Made by a program: the position numbers and the translations under genes. DNA of 64,000 bases, from the NCBI GenBank assembly GCA_963718235.1, contig CAVQYR010000001.1:896001-960000 (forward strand), written 5' to 3'. This stretch comes from an uncultured Actinomycetota bacterium. Its GTDB lineage: Bacteria > Actinomycetota > Actinomycetes > JAHEKZ01. How positions within the stretch are numbered: the first letter of the stretch is position 1; each line of letters opens with the position of its first letter. Under the pieces are notes generated by a model. It had not been told where the DNA came from. It made no database searches and saw nothing but the letters and a program-made list of their open reading frames with translations. Positions 53,444-63,698 of this stretch are shown here, piece after piece.

Positions 53444-54697
53444 ATGGTCACCCGTTCGCGCACCACGCTCGCGCTGATGCTTGCCGCCGCCGCGCTGGTC
53501 GGCGGGTTCCTGGCGCCTGCCTCGGCTGACGACCTGTCCGACAAGAAGGACCAGGTCGACGCCCAGGTCGACGCTGCGCAGGAAGACCTCGAGGCGTCGT
53601 CGGCCCGGCTGAAGCGGGCGGCTGCGGCCCTCGACGAGGTCTCGGCCCAGCTGCCGGCGGCTCGGGCCGGCTACTCCGTCGCCGTCGCGAGGGCTCAGTC
53701 CGCCCGTGACCGCCTGCAGCTGATCCGGGCGAAGCTGCGGGGTCTTCAGGCCCAGCAGCGCGTGCTGGTGGGCCAGGTCCAGGACGCCGAGGACTCCATC
53801 GCCGTCACGGAGACCGTCATGGGCGAGATCGTGCGGCAGCAGTACCAGAGCGGCGGCATGGTCGAGCTCGCGGTCGTGCTCGAGGCGCAGTCGCCCAGCG
53901 ACTTCGTCCAACGACTGCTGGCCACCCAGCAGGTGCTCGACAGCCAAAGCGACCTGGTTGACCAGCTCACGGCCGACAAGGCGATCCTGGCTGCCAAGGA
54001 GCAGCAGCTGCAGGTGACCGAGGAAGGCATCCGCGACGTCGAGGCCGAGGCGTTCGCGGAGTTCAGCAACCTGCGCGCACTGGCCGACAAGGCCAAGGCC
54101 GCCAAGGACCGGATCGAGGCGCTGGCGGCCCAGCGGGCGTCGGCACTGGCCGTGGCCCGCGACGAGCGGTCCGCCGAACGGGCGCGGTACGAGCAGCTGG
54201 TCGCTGCCCAGGAGGCGCTGCAGCAGCAGATCGCCGACGCCGTGTCGTCGGGCGGCTCGTCCGGCATCCCCAGCGGTGAGCTGCTCTGGCCGGCACCGGG
54301 TCCGATGGTCCAAGGGGTCGGCTGGAGAGTGCACCCGGTGTACGGGTACCGCAGCTGTCACACCGGGATCGACATCTCGGCCGGCACCGGCACCCCGATC
54401 AAGGCGGCGGCGTCCGGGGTGGTCGTGTGGACGAACCCAGCCGACGGTGGCCCCTACGGGAACAACACCTTGATCGACCACGGCGGGGGCCTGTCGACCT
54501 TCTACGCCCACCAGAACGCGTTCGCGGTGAGTGCTGGTGAGCGGGTGGGTGCGGGCGAGGTGATCGGCTACGTCGGCAGCACCGGGTACGCGACCGGTCC
54601 GCACCTGCACTTCGAGGTGCACGTCGGCGGGATCCCCTACGACCCGATGGGCTGGTTCGGCGGGAGCAAGACCCCGCAGTCTCAGTTCTGCCCCTAA
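53444..54697 (+). CDS. M23 peptidase with coiled coil (EnvC-like)
   Basis: HTGIDI, YAHQ, GPHLHFEV; follows ftsEX. Confidence 0.92.
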   Translation: MVTRSRTTLALMLAAAALVGGFLAPASADDLSDKKDQVDAQVDAAQEDLEASSARLKRAAAALDEVSAQLPAARAGYSVAVARAQSARDRLQLIRAKLRGLQAQQRVLVGQVQDAEDSIAVTETVMGEIVRQQYQSGGMVELAVVLEAQSPSDFVQRLLATQQVLDSQSDLVDQLTADKAILAAKEQQLQVTEEGIRDVEAEAFAEFSNLRALADKAKAAKDRIEALAAQRASALAVARDERSAERARYEQLVAAQEALQQQIADAVSSGGSSGIPSGELLWPAPGPMVQGVGWRVHPVYGYRSCHTGIDISAGTGTPIKAAASGVVVWTNPADGGPYGNNTLIDHGGGLSTFYAHQNAFAVSAGERVGAGEVIGYVGSTGYATGPHLHFEVHVGGIPYDPMGWFGGSKTPQSQFCP

Positions 54698-54792
54698 CCC
54701 TCTACTTCAGGTCCACCCCGGTTCGGGGGCTACGGCTGCTCGTCCCCCGCATCCGTGACTGCCCTCCTCGGCCCGGCCGTAGACTGCGCTCC

Positions 54793-55971
54793 ATGTCCCC
54801 GCTCTCCCGGCGCCTGTGGCGCGGCGCCGCTCTGGCCGCCGCTGTCGCCGCGGCGTTCGGGGTCGGCGTGCTCACCGGCGTGGTGGGCAGTGCCGCCCCG
54901 CAGCGCGGGGTGCTCGACGAGGCGGCGGACCGGATCGCGGCGTCCGCAGCGCGGCCGGTCGACCGCGACCAGCTGGAGCGGGCCGCGGTCGAGGGGATGC
55001 TGGCGACCCTGGGCGACCGGTGGTCGGCCTACTACGCGCCCAGTGAGTTCTCCTCCTTCGAAGACGCACTGGCCGGGCGCTACTCAGGGGTGGGGCTGTG
55101 GCTTCGGCCCGAACCGCGCCGAGGGCACCGGGCCGAGGTGCTGGGCATCGCCAGTGTGCAGCCGGGCTCGCCCGCGGAGGAGGCGGGGCTCACACCCGGC
55201 GACCTGCTCGTCTCGGTCGACGGAGAGCCCACCCTCGGTCACTCGGTCAGCGACGTCGTCTCGTCGCTCAGAGGTCGCGACGGCACCGACGTCCGGCTGA
55301 CCATCGAGCGGGACGGCGTGACCCAGGTGGTCACCTTGAAGCGGGTGGTGCTGACCACCGACGACGTGGTCGTCGACCGCCTCGAGGGCGGGATCACCAC
55401 GGTGACGATCCGCACCTTCACCCGCGGTGTGGGCCGCGAGGTCCGCGAGGCGCTGTCCGGCGACGCGAGCACCTACGCCGGCGGAATCGTGCTCGACCTG
55501 CGCGGTAACCCTGGGGGGCTGCTCGACGAGGCGGTCGAGGTGGCGTCGGTCTTCCTCGACGGCGGTGACGTCGTCTCCTACGAACGGCGTGGGGCTCCCG
55601 ACCGCAGGCTGACCGCACTTCCGGGAGGCAACACCACCACGCCCCTGGTCGTGCTGGTCGACGGGTCGTCGGCCAGCGCGGCCGAGGTGGTCGCCTCCGC
55701 CATGCAGGACCGCAACCGGGCCGTCGTCGTGGGCGAGCGCACGTTCGGCAAGGGCTCGGTCCAAGAGCCCAGCCGGCTGTCCGACGGGTCGGCCATCGAG
55801 CTCACCGTGGGGCGCTACATCACCCCCGCCGGCCGGATCATCGACGGTCACGGGGTCCAGCCCGATGTGAGCGTCGACCCGGCGGCCGGACCCGACGCAG
55901 CGGAGGCGCGGGCGCTCGAGGTGCTGCGTGGTCTGATGGCGGCCCTCGAGCCCGTCGGTTCGCAGGGCTGA
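54793..55971 (+). CDS. S41 C-terminal processing peptidase (PDZ)
   Basis: DLRGNPGG, SASAAE, TFGKGSVQ. Confidence 0.93.
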   Translation: MSPLSRRLWRGAALAAAVAAAFGVGVLTGVVGSAAPQRGVLDEAADRIAASAARPVDRDQLERAAVEGMLATLGDRWSAYYAPSEFSSFEDALAGRYSGVGLWLRPEPRRGHRAEVLGIASVQPGSPAEEAGLTPGDLLVSVDGEPTLGHSVSDVVSSLRGRDGTDVRLTIERDGVTQVVTLKRVVLTTDDVVVDRLEGGITTVTIRTFTRGVGREVREALSGDASTYAGGIVLDLRGNPGGLLDEAVEVASVFLDGGDVVSYERRGAPDRRLTALPGGNTTTPLVVLVDGSSASAAEVVASAMQDRNRAVVVGERTFGKGSVQEPSRLSDGSAIELTVGRYITPAGRIIDGHGVQPDVSVDPAAGPDAAEARALEVLRGLMAALEPVGSQG

Positions 55972-55974
55972 GCC

Positions 55975-56448
55975 GTGGCACGGGAGACCGGCCGCACGCT
56001 CGTGGCCCAGAACAAGAAGGCGCGTCACGACTACCACATCGACGACGTGTACGAGGCCGGGCTGGTTCTGGTCGGCACGGAGGTCAAGTCGCTGCGCGCC
56101 GGTCGGGCCTCGCTGGTCGACGGCTACGCCGTGGTCAAGGACGGCGAGGTCTGGCTGCACAACGTGCACATCCCCGAGTACACCGAGGGCACGTGGAACA
56201 ACCACGAGCCCCGTCGACCGCGCAAGCTGCTGCTTCGCCGCGACGAGATCAAGCGGCTGATCGGCAAGACCCAGGAGCAGGGGTTCACCCTCGTCCCCCT
56301 GTCCCTGTACTTCAAGGACGGCTACGCCAAGGTCGAGATCGCCCTGGCGCGGGGCAAGCGCAACTACGACAAGCGACAGGCCCTGGCCGAGAAGCAGGCC
56401 AAGCGCGACGCGCAACGGGTGCTGGCCCGGCGCGGGCGCGACGACTGA
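55975..56448 (+). CDS. smpB: SsrA-binding protein SmpB
   Basis: [32 protein letters not shown]. Confidence 0.98.
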   Translation: MARETGRTLVAQNKKARHDYHIDDVYEAGLVLVGTEVKSLRAGRASLVDGYAVVKDGEVWLHNVHIPEYTEGTWNNHEPRRPRKLLLRRDEIKRLIGKTQEQGFTLVPLSLYFKDGYAKVEIALARGKRNYDKRQALAEKQAKRDAQRVLARRGRDD

Positions 56449-56560
56449 CTGACCTCGCCGCCTTGGCACCCGGTTCGCTGATCACGCCGAAGACCGTCTT
56501 CATCAACCACCGGCCCTGGCCCTACGTTGGTGCTGTGACCCTCGACACCGAGGAGGACTG

Positions 56561-57994
56561 GTGACCGAGCAGACTCCCCAGCTGACCGCTGAGCAGATCA
56601 ACGAGATGCTCGCGCGGTTCTACCCGTACCGCGACCGGTTCGTGGCTCACCGGAAGGTCCCGACCCAGGCCCTGCCGCGGGCCGAGGTCCTCGACCTGGT
56701 GCGCACGCTGGCCCACGAGGAGGACTCGCTGGGCGACTCGGGCAAGGTCTCCGGCAGCCTCTACCTCGGCGACCACGACCAGTACCACTTCCTGACCCAG
56801 GTGTACGAGGCCTTCGCCCACGCCAACGTCCTGCAGCGCGACATGTACCCGTCCTCGACCAAGTTCGAGGGCGAGATCGTGGCCATGGCGGCGGCGATGC
56901 TGCACGGCGACGCCATCGGTGTGATCACCTCGGGCGGTACCGAGAGCCTGATGAACCCGATGCTGGTCTACCGCGAGCGTGGTCGGGTCGAGCAGGGCAT
57001 CACCGCCCCGGAGGTGATCATCCCCGCGTCGGCCCACGTCGCCTTGGACAAGGCCGCCCACTACTTCGGGATCACCCTGCTCAAGGCGCCGCTCACAGAC
57101 GAGTTCGTCGTCGACGTCGACTGGGTGCGCGACCACATCACGCCGTCGACCGTCGCGCTGGTCGGCTCGGCCGGCTCCTACCCGTACGGTCTGGTCGACC
57201 CGATCGACCAGCTGTCCGAGCTCGCGCTCGAGCACGATCTGGGCCTCCACGTCGACGGCTGCCTCGGGGGTTTCCTGCTCCCGTGGGGCGAGCAGCTCGG
57301 CTACCCGATCCCACCGTTCGACTTCCGGGTCGAAGGCGTGACGAGCATCTCCGCCGACACGCACAAGTTCGGCTACGCGCTGAAGGGAACGTCGGTCCTG
57401 CTCTACCGCACGAGCGAGCTGCGTCACTACCAGTACTTCGCCGCATCCGACTGGCCAGGCGGGCTGTACATCTCGCCGGGGATGTCGGGCAGCCGGTCCG
57501 GTGGTCTCATCGCGGCCACCTGGGCCGCCCTGGTCACCACCGGGGAGCAGGGCTACCTGGAGGCAGCATCGCGGATCTTCGCTACGGCGGGCCGCATCCG
57601 TCAGGCGGTCGAAGCCACCGACGGGCTGCGCGTGTTCGGTGACCCGACGTTCCTCGTCGGCTTCGGGTCGGCCGACCCCGACGTCGACATCTACCTGGTC
57701 AACGACCACCTGGCCTCGTGCGGCTGGCGGCTCAACCCCAACCAGCTGCCGGCCGGGCTGCACTTCTGCGTGACCCTTCCGAACACCCGCGAGGGGCTCA
57801 CCGACGAGTTCGCCGCCGACCTCGCCGCTGGCGTCGCCTACGCCCGGGCGAACGTGGGACAGCCGGCCCGCAGCGGCGCCTTGTACGGGATGGCCGGGAC
57901 GCCGTCGGGTGCCGAGCTGCTGCCGTTCCTGCTGGAAGGTGCGCTCGATGCCATGTACGCGGTCCCCGACCCGACGGGAGGGCCACTGGCGTGA
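56561..57994 (+). CDS. Sphingosine-1-phosphate-lyase-like PLP enzyme (group II decarboxylase fold)
   Basis: TSGGTES, HVDGCLGG, SISADTHKFGY..KGTS, GSRSGG; RBS GAGGAGG. Confidence 0.85.
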   Translation: MTEQTPQLTAEQINEMLARFYPYRDRFVAHRKVPTQALPRAEVLDLVRTLAHEEDSLGDSGKVSGSLYLGDHDQYHFLTQVYEAFAHANVLQRDMYPSSTKFEGEIVAMAAAMLHGDAIGVITSGGTESLMNPMLVYRERGRVEQGITAPEVIIPASAHVALDKAAHYFGITLLKAPLTDEFVVDVDWVRDHITPSTVALVGSAGSYPYGLVDPIDQLSELALEHDLGLHVDGCLGGFLLPWGEQLGYPIPPFDFRVEGVTSISADTHKFGYALKGTSVLLYRTSELRHYQYFAASDWPGGLYISPGMSGSRSGGLIAATWAALVTTGEQGYLEAASRIFATAGRIRQAVEATDGLRVFGDPTFLVGFGSADPDVDIYLVNDHLASCGWRLNPNQLPAGLHFCVTLPNTREGLTDEFAADLAAGVAYARANVGQPARSGALYGMAGTPSGAELLPFLLEGALDAMYAVPDPTGGPLA

Positions 57995-59544
57995 CCGGCT
58001 GGGTGCTGGCCCTGGACCTCGGCACGACCGGGCTGAAGGTGGGTGCGGTGGCCGAGTCGGGGGAGATCTTGGCGACCCACGAGGTCACGCTCACGACGAG
58101 CTTCCTGCCCGACGGTGGAGTGGAGCAGGACACCGGTCAGTGGTGGCGAGGAGTCGCTGACGGCGTCGCTGAGCTCCGTCGGGCCGGGCTGGAGCTCGAC
58201 GGCGTCGTCGCGGTCGGCATCACCGGTCAGTACGGGTCGACCGTGCCGGTCGACGCGGACGGCGTCAGCGTCGGCCCCTGCCTGGTATGGGCCGACGAGC
58301 GCGGCGCCGCGCACAGCCGGGCCGCCTTCGGTGGTCCGGTGGCGGGATACAAGGCCACCGCCATCGCCCCCTGGCTGCGTTACACCGGCGGCCTTCCCTC
58401 GCCCAACGGGGCCGACCCCAGTGGGCACGCCCTCTACCTGCGCCGCGACGATCGCGAGACCTACGGCCGGGCGCGGTGGCTGCTCGAACCGGTCGACTAC
58501 CTCGGTCTGCGCTTCACCGGGATCGTCTCGGCCACGCCGGCCTCGATGGTGGCCACGTGGCTCACCGACAACCGGCCCGGCGCCCGTCCCCGCTATGTCC
58601 CCACGTTGCTCAGGCTCGCCGACCGCGACCTCAGCAAGCTGCCACCGCTGCGCCGGTCAGGCTCGGTGCTTGGGGGTGTCAGCCGCGAGGTCGCCGTCGA
58701 GCTGGGGCTGCCCGAGGGGGTGCCGGTGGCGTGCGGTGTTCCGGACCTTCAGGCGGCGCACGCCGGTTCGGGCGCTGTCGCGCACGGCCAGGCTCACTAC
58801 GCCATCAGCACGACTGCGTGGGTGTCGTGTGCCGTGCCGTTCAAGAAGACCGACGTCCTGCACCAGATCGCGTCGGTGCCGGGGCTGCGCGACGGTGAGT
58901 ACCTGCTGATCAACAACCAGGAGACGGCAGGTGCCAGCCTGCAGTGGTTGCGTGATGGGGTCTTGGGTGCCGGTCCCGGGCTGCCCCCCGACTGGCACCC
59001 GTCGTACGACGACCTGGTGGCGCTCGCCGCCCAGGCCGAGCCCGGCAGTGGCGGGCTCCTGTTCACCCCGTGGCTGAACGGCGAGCGTTCCCCGGTCGAC
59101 GACCGACGTCTGCGCGCCGCGTTCCTCAACGTCTCGCTCGACACCGACCGTGCCGACTTCGTGCGCGCAGTGCTGGAGGGGGTCGCCTACGACCTGCGGT
59201 GGCTCGTGGAGTGTGCCGACGGCTTCGTCGGGCACACGCTCGACCCGCTACGGGTCCTCGGAGGTGGGGCACGGTCGGACCTGTGGTGCCAGATCGACGC
59301 CGACGTCCTCGGCCGCACCGTCGAGCGGGTGAGCCGGCCTGACGTCGCCCAGCTACGAGGGGTCGCGTTCGTCGCCCTGGTGGCCACCGGCCGGCTCTCC
59401 TGGGACGACGTCCCGTCACGAGTGCCGGTCGACCGGACCTTCACCCCCGACCCCACCAACCGGAAGATCTACGACGCCGGGTACGAGGCGTTCCGCCGCG
59501 CCTACAAGGACCTCAAAGGTTGGTACCACCGCGTGCGCGGGTGA
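57991..59544 (+). CDS. FGGY-family (xylulokinase-like) carbohydrate kinase
   Basis: LDLGTTGLK, WADER, PWLNGERSP, RAVLEGVA, GGGARS; GTGA overlap. Confidence 0.9.
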   Translation: MTGWVLALDLGTTGLKVGAVAESGEILATHEVTLTTSFLPDGGVEQDTGQWWRGVADGVAELRRAGLELDGVVAVGITGQYGSTVPVDADGVSVGPCLVWADERGAAHSRAAFGGPVAGYKATAIAPWLRYTGGLPSPNGADPSGHALYLRRDDRETYGRARWLLEPVDYLGLRFTGIVSATPASMVATWLTDNRPGARPRYVPTLLRLADRDLSKLPPLRRSGSVLGGVSREVAVELGLPEGVPVACGVPDLQAAHAGSGAVAHGQAHYAISTTAWVSCAVPFKKTDVLHQIASVPGLRDGEYLLINNQETAGASLQWLRDGVLGAGPGLPPDWHPSYDDLVALAAQAEPGSGGLLFTPWLNGERSPVDDRRLRAAFLNVSLDTDRADFVRAVLEGVAYDLRWLVECADGFVGHTLDPLRVLGGGARSDLWCQIDADVLGRTVERVSRPDVAQLRGVAFVALVATGRLSWDDVPSRVPVDRTFTPDPTNRKIYDAGYEAFRRAYKDLKGWYHRVRG

Positions 59545-61415
59545 ACCGCCGTCCGGTGCAACGGCCGACTAGCGTGTGGCCTGTGCGAAGAGCAGGCAGA
59601 GCATGGGCATCGGTCGCGTTGTCGGTGACCGCTCTGGCGTCTGCTGTGGTGCTCGGTTCCCCCGCGCCGGCGTCCGCGGCCGCGGGAGACGGGTACACCG
59701 AGTCCTACGACGTGACCTTGGTCGTCGACCCTGACGGCACCTTGCAGGTCACCGAGCGGATCGACTTCGTCTTCACCGACTCCAGCCACGGGATCGAGCG
59801 CTACGTCCCCGACCGGTATGCCGTGGACGACACGTACGACCGGGTCATGACGATCGAGAACGTCCAGGTGACCAGTCCGAGCGGGGCGCCGACCGACACC
59901 CTGGTCGAGCAGCAGGGCGACGTACTGTACATCCGGGTCGGGGATCCGGACCGGCTCATCTCTGGCGCGCAGAGCTATCTGGTCTCGTACTCCGTGCAGG
60001 GCGCGCTCAACGCGTTCGACGACCACGACGAGCTGTACTGGGACGCCATCGGCGACGGATGGGACTCCTCGATCAACCTTGCCAGCGTGCGGGTCGAGGC
60101 TCCGGCCATCACCGACGGTCTGTGTTTCGCCGGGTCGTTCGGCAGCACCAACGTGTGCGAGCAGTCGACGGTCCGTGACCGGGTCGCGCTCTTCGCCCAG
60201 AGCTCGATGCCGCCCTACACGGCCCTGACCGTCGCGATCTCGATGCCGAAGGGCGCGGTCACTGTTCCGCCGCCGGTGCTCGAGGAGCGATGGTCGTTGC
60301 AGCGCGCGTTCACCGCCGACATCCCGCACCTCTCGATCGCTGGGCTGCTGCTGCTCTTCGGGATCGGTGGGGTCGGGTTCGTGGCCTACCGACGCGGACG
60401 TGACCGTCGCTTCATGGGACAGGTCCCGGGGCTGACACCGGCACCGGGCGAGGCGGCTGTGGAGGAACGACTTCCTTGGGGCGAGAGCGGCGAGGGACCG
60501 GTGGAGTGGCAGCCGCCGGAGGGGTTGCGTCCCGGGCTGATGGGGACGCTGATCGACGAGCAGGCCAACGTGCTCGACGTGACCGCGACCATCGTCGATC
60601 TGGCCGTGCGCGGCTACCTGCGGATCGACGAGCTGCCCCGCGAGGGCTGGTTCGCCGGCCGCGACTGGCAGCTGGTCCAGCTCAAGGCGCAGGACCAGAC
60701 GCTCCAGGAGTACGAGCGGACGTTGTTCACGGCACTGTTCGAGACGGGCAACGTGGTCAGGCTCAGCGATCTCAAGAAGACCTTCGCCGCCGACCTGGCG
60801 AAGGTTCAGGAGAAGCTGTACGACGAGATGGTCTACCGGCGCTGGTACAACCGACGTCCGGACCGCACTCGGTCGTCCTGGGTGCTCATTGGGCTGGCGG
60901 TCTTCGCCACTGCGGTGGGCCTGACCTACCTGCTGGTTCGCTTCACCACGTGGGGGCTGATCGGCGCAGCCCTCGTGGTCAGTGCGGGCACGCTGTTCTT
61001 CGCGAGCCGGTTCATGCCGGCCCGAACGGGGGCGGGCAGTGCCGCCATGGCGCAGGCGTTGGGCTTCAAGCGCTACCTCGAGACCGCTGAGGCGAACCAG
61101 CTGAAGTTCGAGGAGCCGGAGAAGATCTTCAGCCGCTACCTGCCGTACGCGATCGTCTTCGGCGTCACCGACCACTGGGCGAAGGTGTTCCAGCAGCTTG
61201 CGGCGGCCGGTGCCGTGACCACCGGAGCGACCGGCCTCTACTGGTACACCGGGCCGGCCGGCTGGAACTTCGGTGACTTCGGTTCGTCGATCTCGTCGTT
61301 CGCCACCACAACGTCGGGCTCGCTGTCCGCGGTCGCCGCGTCCGGGGGAAGTGGCTTCGGCGGAGGCGGGTTCAGCGGCGGTGGTGGTGGCGGTGGCGGC
61401 GGCGGGGGCTGGTAG
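59541..61415 (+). CDS. DUF2207 membrane protein
   Basis: ELYWDAIG, ATIVDLAVRGY, YLPYAIVFG, Gly-rich GGGGGGGW tail; start uncertain. Confidence 0.88.
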   Translation: MNRRPVQRPTSVWPVRRAGRAWASVALSVTALASAVVLGSPAPASAAAGDGYTESYDVTLVVDPDGTLQVTERIDFVFTDSSHGIERYVPDRYAVDDTYDRVMTIENVQVTSPSGAPTDTLVEQQGDVLYIRVGDPDRLISGAQSYLVSYSVQGALNAFDDHDELYWDAIGDGWDSSINLASVRVEAPAITDGLCFAGSFGSTNVCEQSTVRDRVALFAQSSMPPYTALTVAISMPKGAVTVPPPVLEERWSLQRAFTADIPHLSIAGLLLLFGIGGVGFVAYRRGRDRRFMGQVPGLTPAPGEAAVEERLPWGESGEGPVEWQPPEGLRPGLMGTLIDEQANVLDVTATIVDLAVRGYLRIDELPREGWFAGRDWQLVQLKAQDQTLQEYERTLFTALFETGNVVRLSDLKKTFAADLAKVQEKLYDEMVYRRWYNRRPDRTRSSWVLIGLAVFATAVGLTYLLVRFTTWGLIGAALVVSAGTLFFASRFMPARTGAGSAAMAQALGFKRYLETAEANQLKFEEPEKIFSRYLPYAIVFGVTDHWAKVFQQLAAAGAVTTGATGLYWYTGPAGWNFGDFGSSISSFATTTSGSLSAVAASGGSGFGGGGFSGGGGGGGGGGGW

Positions 61416-61420
61416 CGGCC

Positions 61421-62707
61421 GTGCACCCCGCTGACCTGCTCCTGCTGGTTCTCGCCGGGGTGATCCTCGCCTGGGTGCTGGTGTCGGCCCGGCTCGGTCA
61501 GCTCAGCATCACTGCCCCCATGGCCTTCGTGGCCGCCGGCCTGCTGATAGCCGTTCTGCCGGGGCGGCCGGTCCCGGTCAGCCCCACGTCGGAGTCGGCC
61601 CGGCTGCTCGCCGAGTACGCCCTGGTCTTCGTCCTGTTCTGCGACGCGTCGCGGGTGAGCCTGACCTGGCTGCGGGACAAGGCTCAGGTAGCCGGTCGGC
61701 TCCTTGTGCTCGGGCTTCCGCTCACGATCGCCGTCGGCGTGGGTGCGGCCTGGCTGCTGTTCCCGTCCGACGACGTGTGGATCGCGGCGATCATCGGCGC
61801 GGCCCTGGCCCCCACGGACGCCGCTCTCGGCTCGTCGGTCATGACCGACCGACGGGTTCCCGGGTTCGTGCGCCGAGTGCTCAACGTCGAGTCGGGCCTG
61901 AACGACGGGATCGTCACGCCCGTCGTCCTGTTCTTCATCGCTGCGGCGTTGGCCACCGTCGACGAGACCGATGTGGCCACGGCGCTGGCATCAGCCGGAG
62001 CCGAGCTCGTCGGCGGGGTCGTTCTCGGGGTCGCGGTCGGCTGGGTGGGCGCCACCCTGATCGCCGCCTCACGGCGACACGGGTGGATGGATCCGGCCGT
62101 CGCCGACCTGGCCGCCTTCCCGCTGCCGGTGATCGCCTACGCGGGGGCGGTGGAGCTCGGTGTGAACGGGTTCGTGGCCGCTTTCGTCACGGGGCTGGCC
62201 TTCGGCAACACCGTGCGCAGGACCGAGGATGAGCCACTGACCTTCGCCGAGGACGGCGGCTCGGTGCTGTCCCTGATCGTCTGGTTCGTCTTCGGTGCCG
62301 CCGCCGTGCCCACCCTGCTCGACTCGCTCACCTGGCAGGTGGTGCTGTACGCGGTCCTGAGCCTGACCGTCATCCGGATGGGACCGGTGCTGCTCGTCCT
62401 GGTCGGGTCCGAGGTGGCGCGCAAGGACCGCTGGGTGATTGCCTGGCTGGGTCCGCGCGGCCTTGCGTCGGTGGTGTTCGCCCTGCTCGCTCTGGACGCC
62501 CTCGGCGGCCGGGACTCGCCTGGGGGCCTGGTGACCCAGGTCGTGGGGGTCACGGTGCTGCTCAGCGTGGTGCTGCACGGGATCACCGCGGTCCCGATCG
62601 CGCGCTCGTACGCACACGCCGCGCCGGACGCGACACCGGAGATGCCCGTGCGTCGCGCGGTTCCCGTTCCGCGCCGTCACCGCGGGGCAGCGGGGGAGCG
62701 AGGCTAG
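61421..62707 (+). CDS. CPA1 cation:proton antiporter
   Basis: LAPTDAAL, NVESGLNDG, GPRGLAS. Confidence 0.92.
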   Translation: MHPADLLLLVLAGVILAWVLVSARLGQLSITAPMAFVAAGLLIAVLPGRPVPVSPTSESARLLAEYALVFVLFCDASRVSLTWLRDKAQVAGRLLVLGLPLTIAVGVGAAWLLFPSDDVWIAAIIGAALAPTDAALGSSVMTDRRVPGFVRRVLNVESGLNDGIVTPVVLFFIAAALATVDETDVATALASAGAELVGGVVLGVAVGWVGATLIAASRRHGWMDPAVADLAAFPLPVIAYAGAVELGVNGFVAAFVTGLAFGNTVRRTEDEPLTFAEDGGSVLSLIVWFVFGAAAVPTLLDSLTWQVVLYAVLSLTVIRMGPVLLVLVGSEVARKDRWVIAWLGPRGLASVVFALLALDALGGRDSPGGLVTQVVGVTVLLSVVLHGITAVPIARSYAHAAPDATPEMPVRRAVPVPRRHRGAAGERG

Positions 62708-63584
62708 TGCCTGTGGGCGCTGCTGCTGGACGGCAACGCCGCCAGCGCACCGTCGAGCGAGGTCCTTGCCTGCTGCACGGCGGCCGCGGCCTGACGCTGC
62801 GTGTCGCCGTCGGCACCGGCGACGGCGAGGTCGACGACCCGCTGCAGCGACTGGCGCAGTGAGGCCACGGCCGTGCGCGCCTGGGTGACCAGGCGTGGCC
62901 CGTTCGGTGTCCGGGGCCTGCGGCTCGAGCTGGAAGAGCTGTTTGTCGACGTCGTTGATCCTTGCCGACCCCTCCTGCCAGGACTGCTGCAGCTGCTCGG
63001 CCGAGCTCAGGGCCAGGAACGAAGGCACGTAGGTGTCGCTGAGCCACCGGGCCGAGCCGCCGGCCTTGGCGAGCTCGTCGTCCCAGCGCTTGGTGCGGCT
63101 GCGGCTGCGACCGAGCATCACCAGGCTGAAGACGAGCACGCCCACCAGGAGCGCGACCAGGACCCAGACCCACGGACTCGTCGTCGAGCCGGAAGTGGGC
63201 TGCGGTCGCCGGGGTCGACGTGGGTGTGGGCGTCTCTGGGGTGTTCGTGACCGTTGCGGTGGCAGTGGCGGTCTGGGTGGCGGTCGCAGTGGCCGTTGCC
63301 GTCGCCGTCTCGGTCGCCGTCTCGGTCCGGGTCAGGGTCGGGGTCGGCTCGGCCGTGGGGGTGTCCGAGGCGTCCTTGGACAGCGACTGGGAGGGCTTGG
63401 CGGTCGCCGAGCCGAGCGCGTCAGTTGCCTGGCTCGCGACCGAGCTGGCTGCATCGCTGGCCTGGCTGGCGACCGAGGACAGGGCGCCGCCCACGTCACT
63501 CGTGCTCGGCAGCTGGCCGTCGGAGCAGGCGGTGAGGGTCAGCGCCAGAGCGCTGAGCGCCGTGGCCAGGGCAAGTCGTCGCAT
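62704..63584 (-). pseudogene. Thr/Ala-rich lipoprotein with TM and C-terminal helical domain, two +1 frameshifts
   Basis: Lipobox LTAC; frames shift at about 63198 and 62893; the restored frame ends at TAG 62704-62706. Confidence 0.65.
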
Positions 63585-63698
63585 GCGTCCGAGCCTAAGG
63601 GACGGGAGCGCGGAGCCGGGAATGGGTCGCCTCCGCGGGGACGTTGGACAGGTGCGGTCGGGGTGTTCTATCGCGTACCCTGGTCAGACAACTGCACA

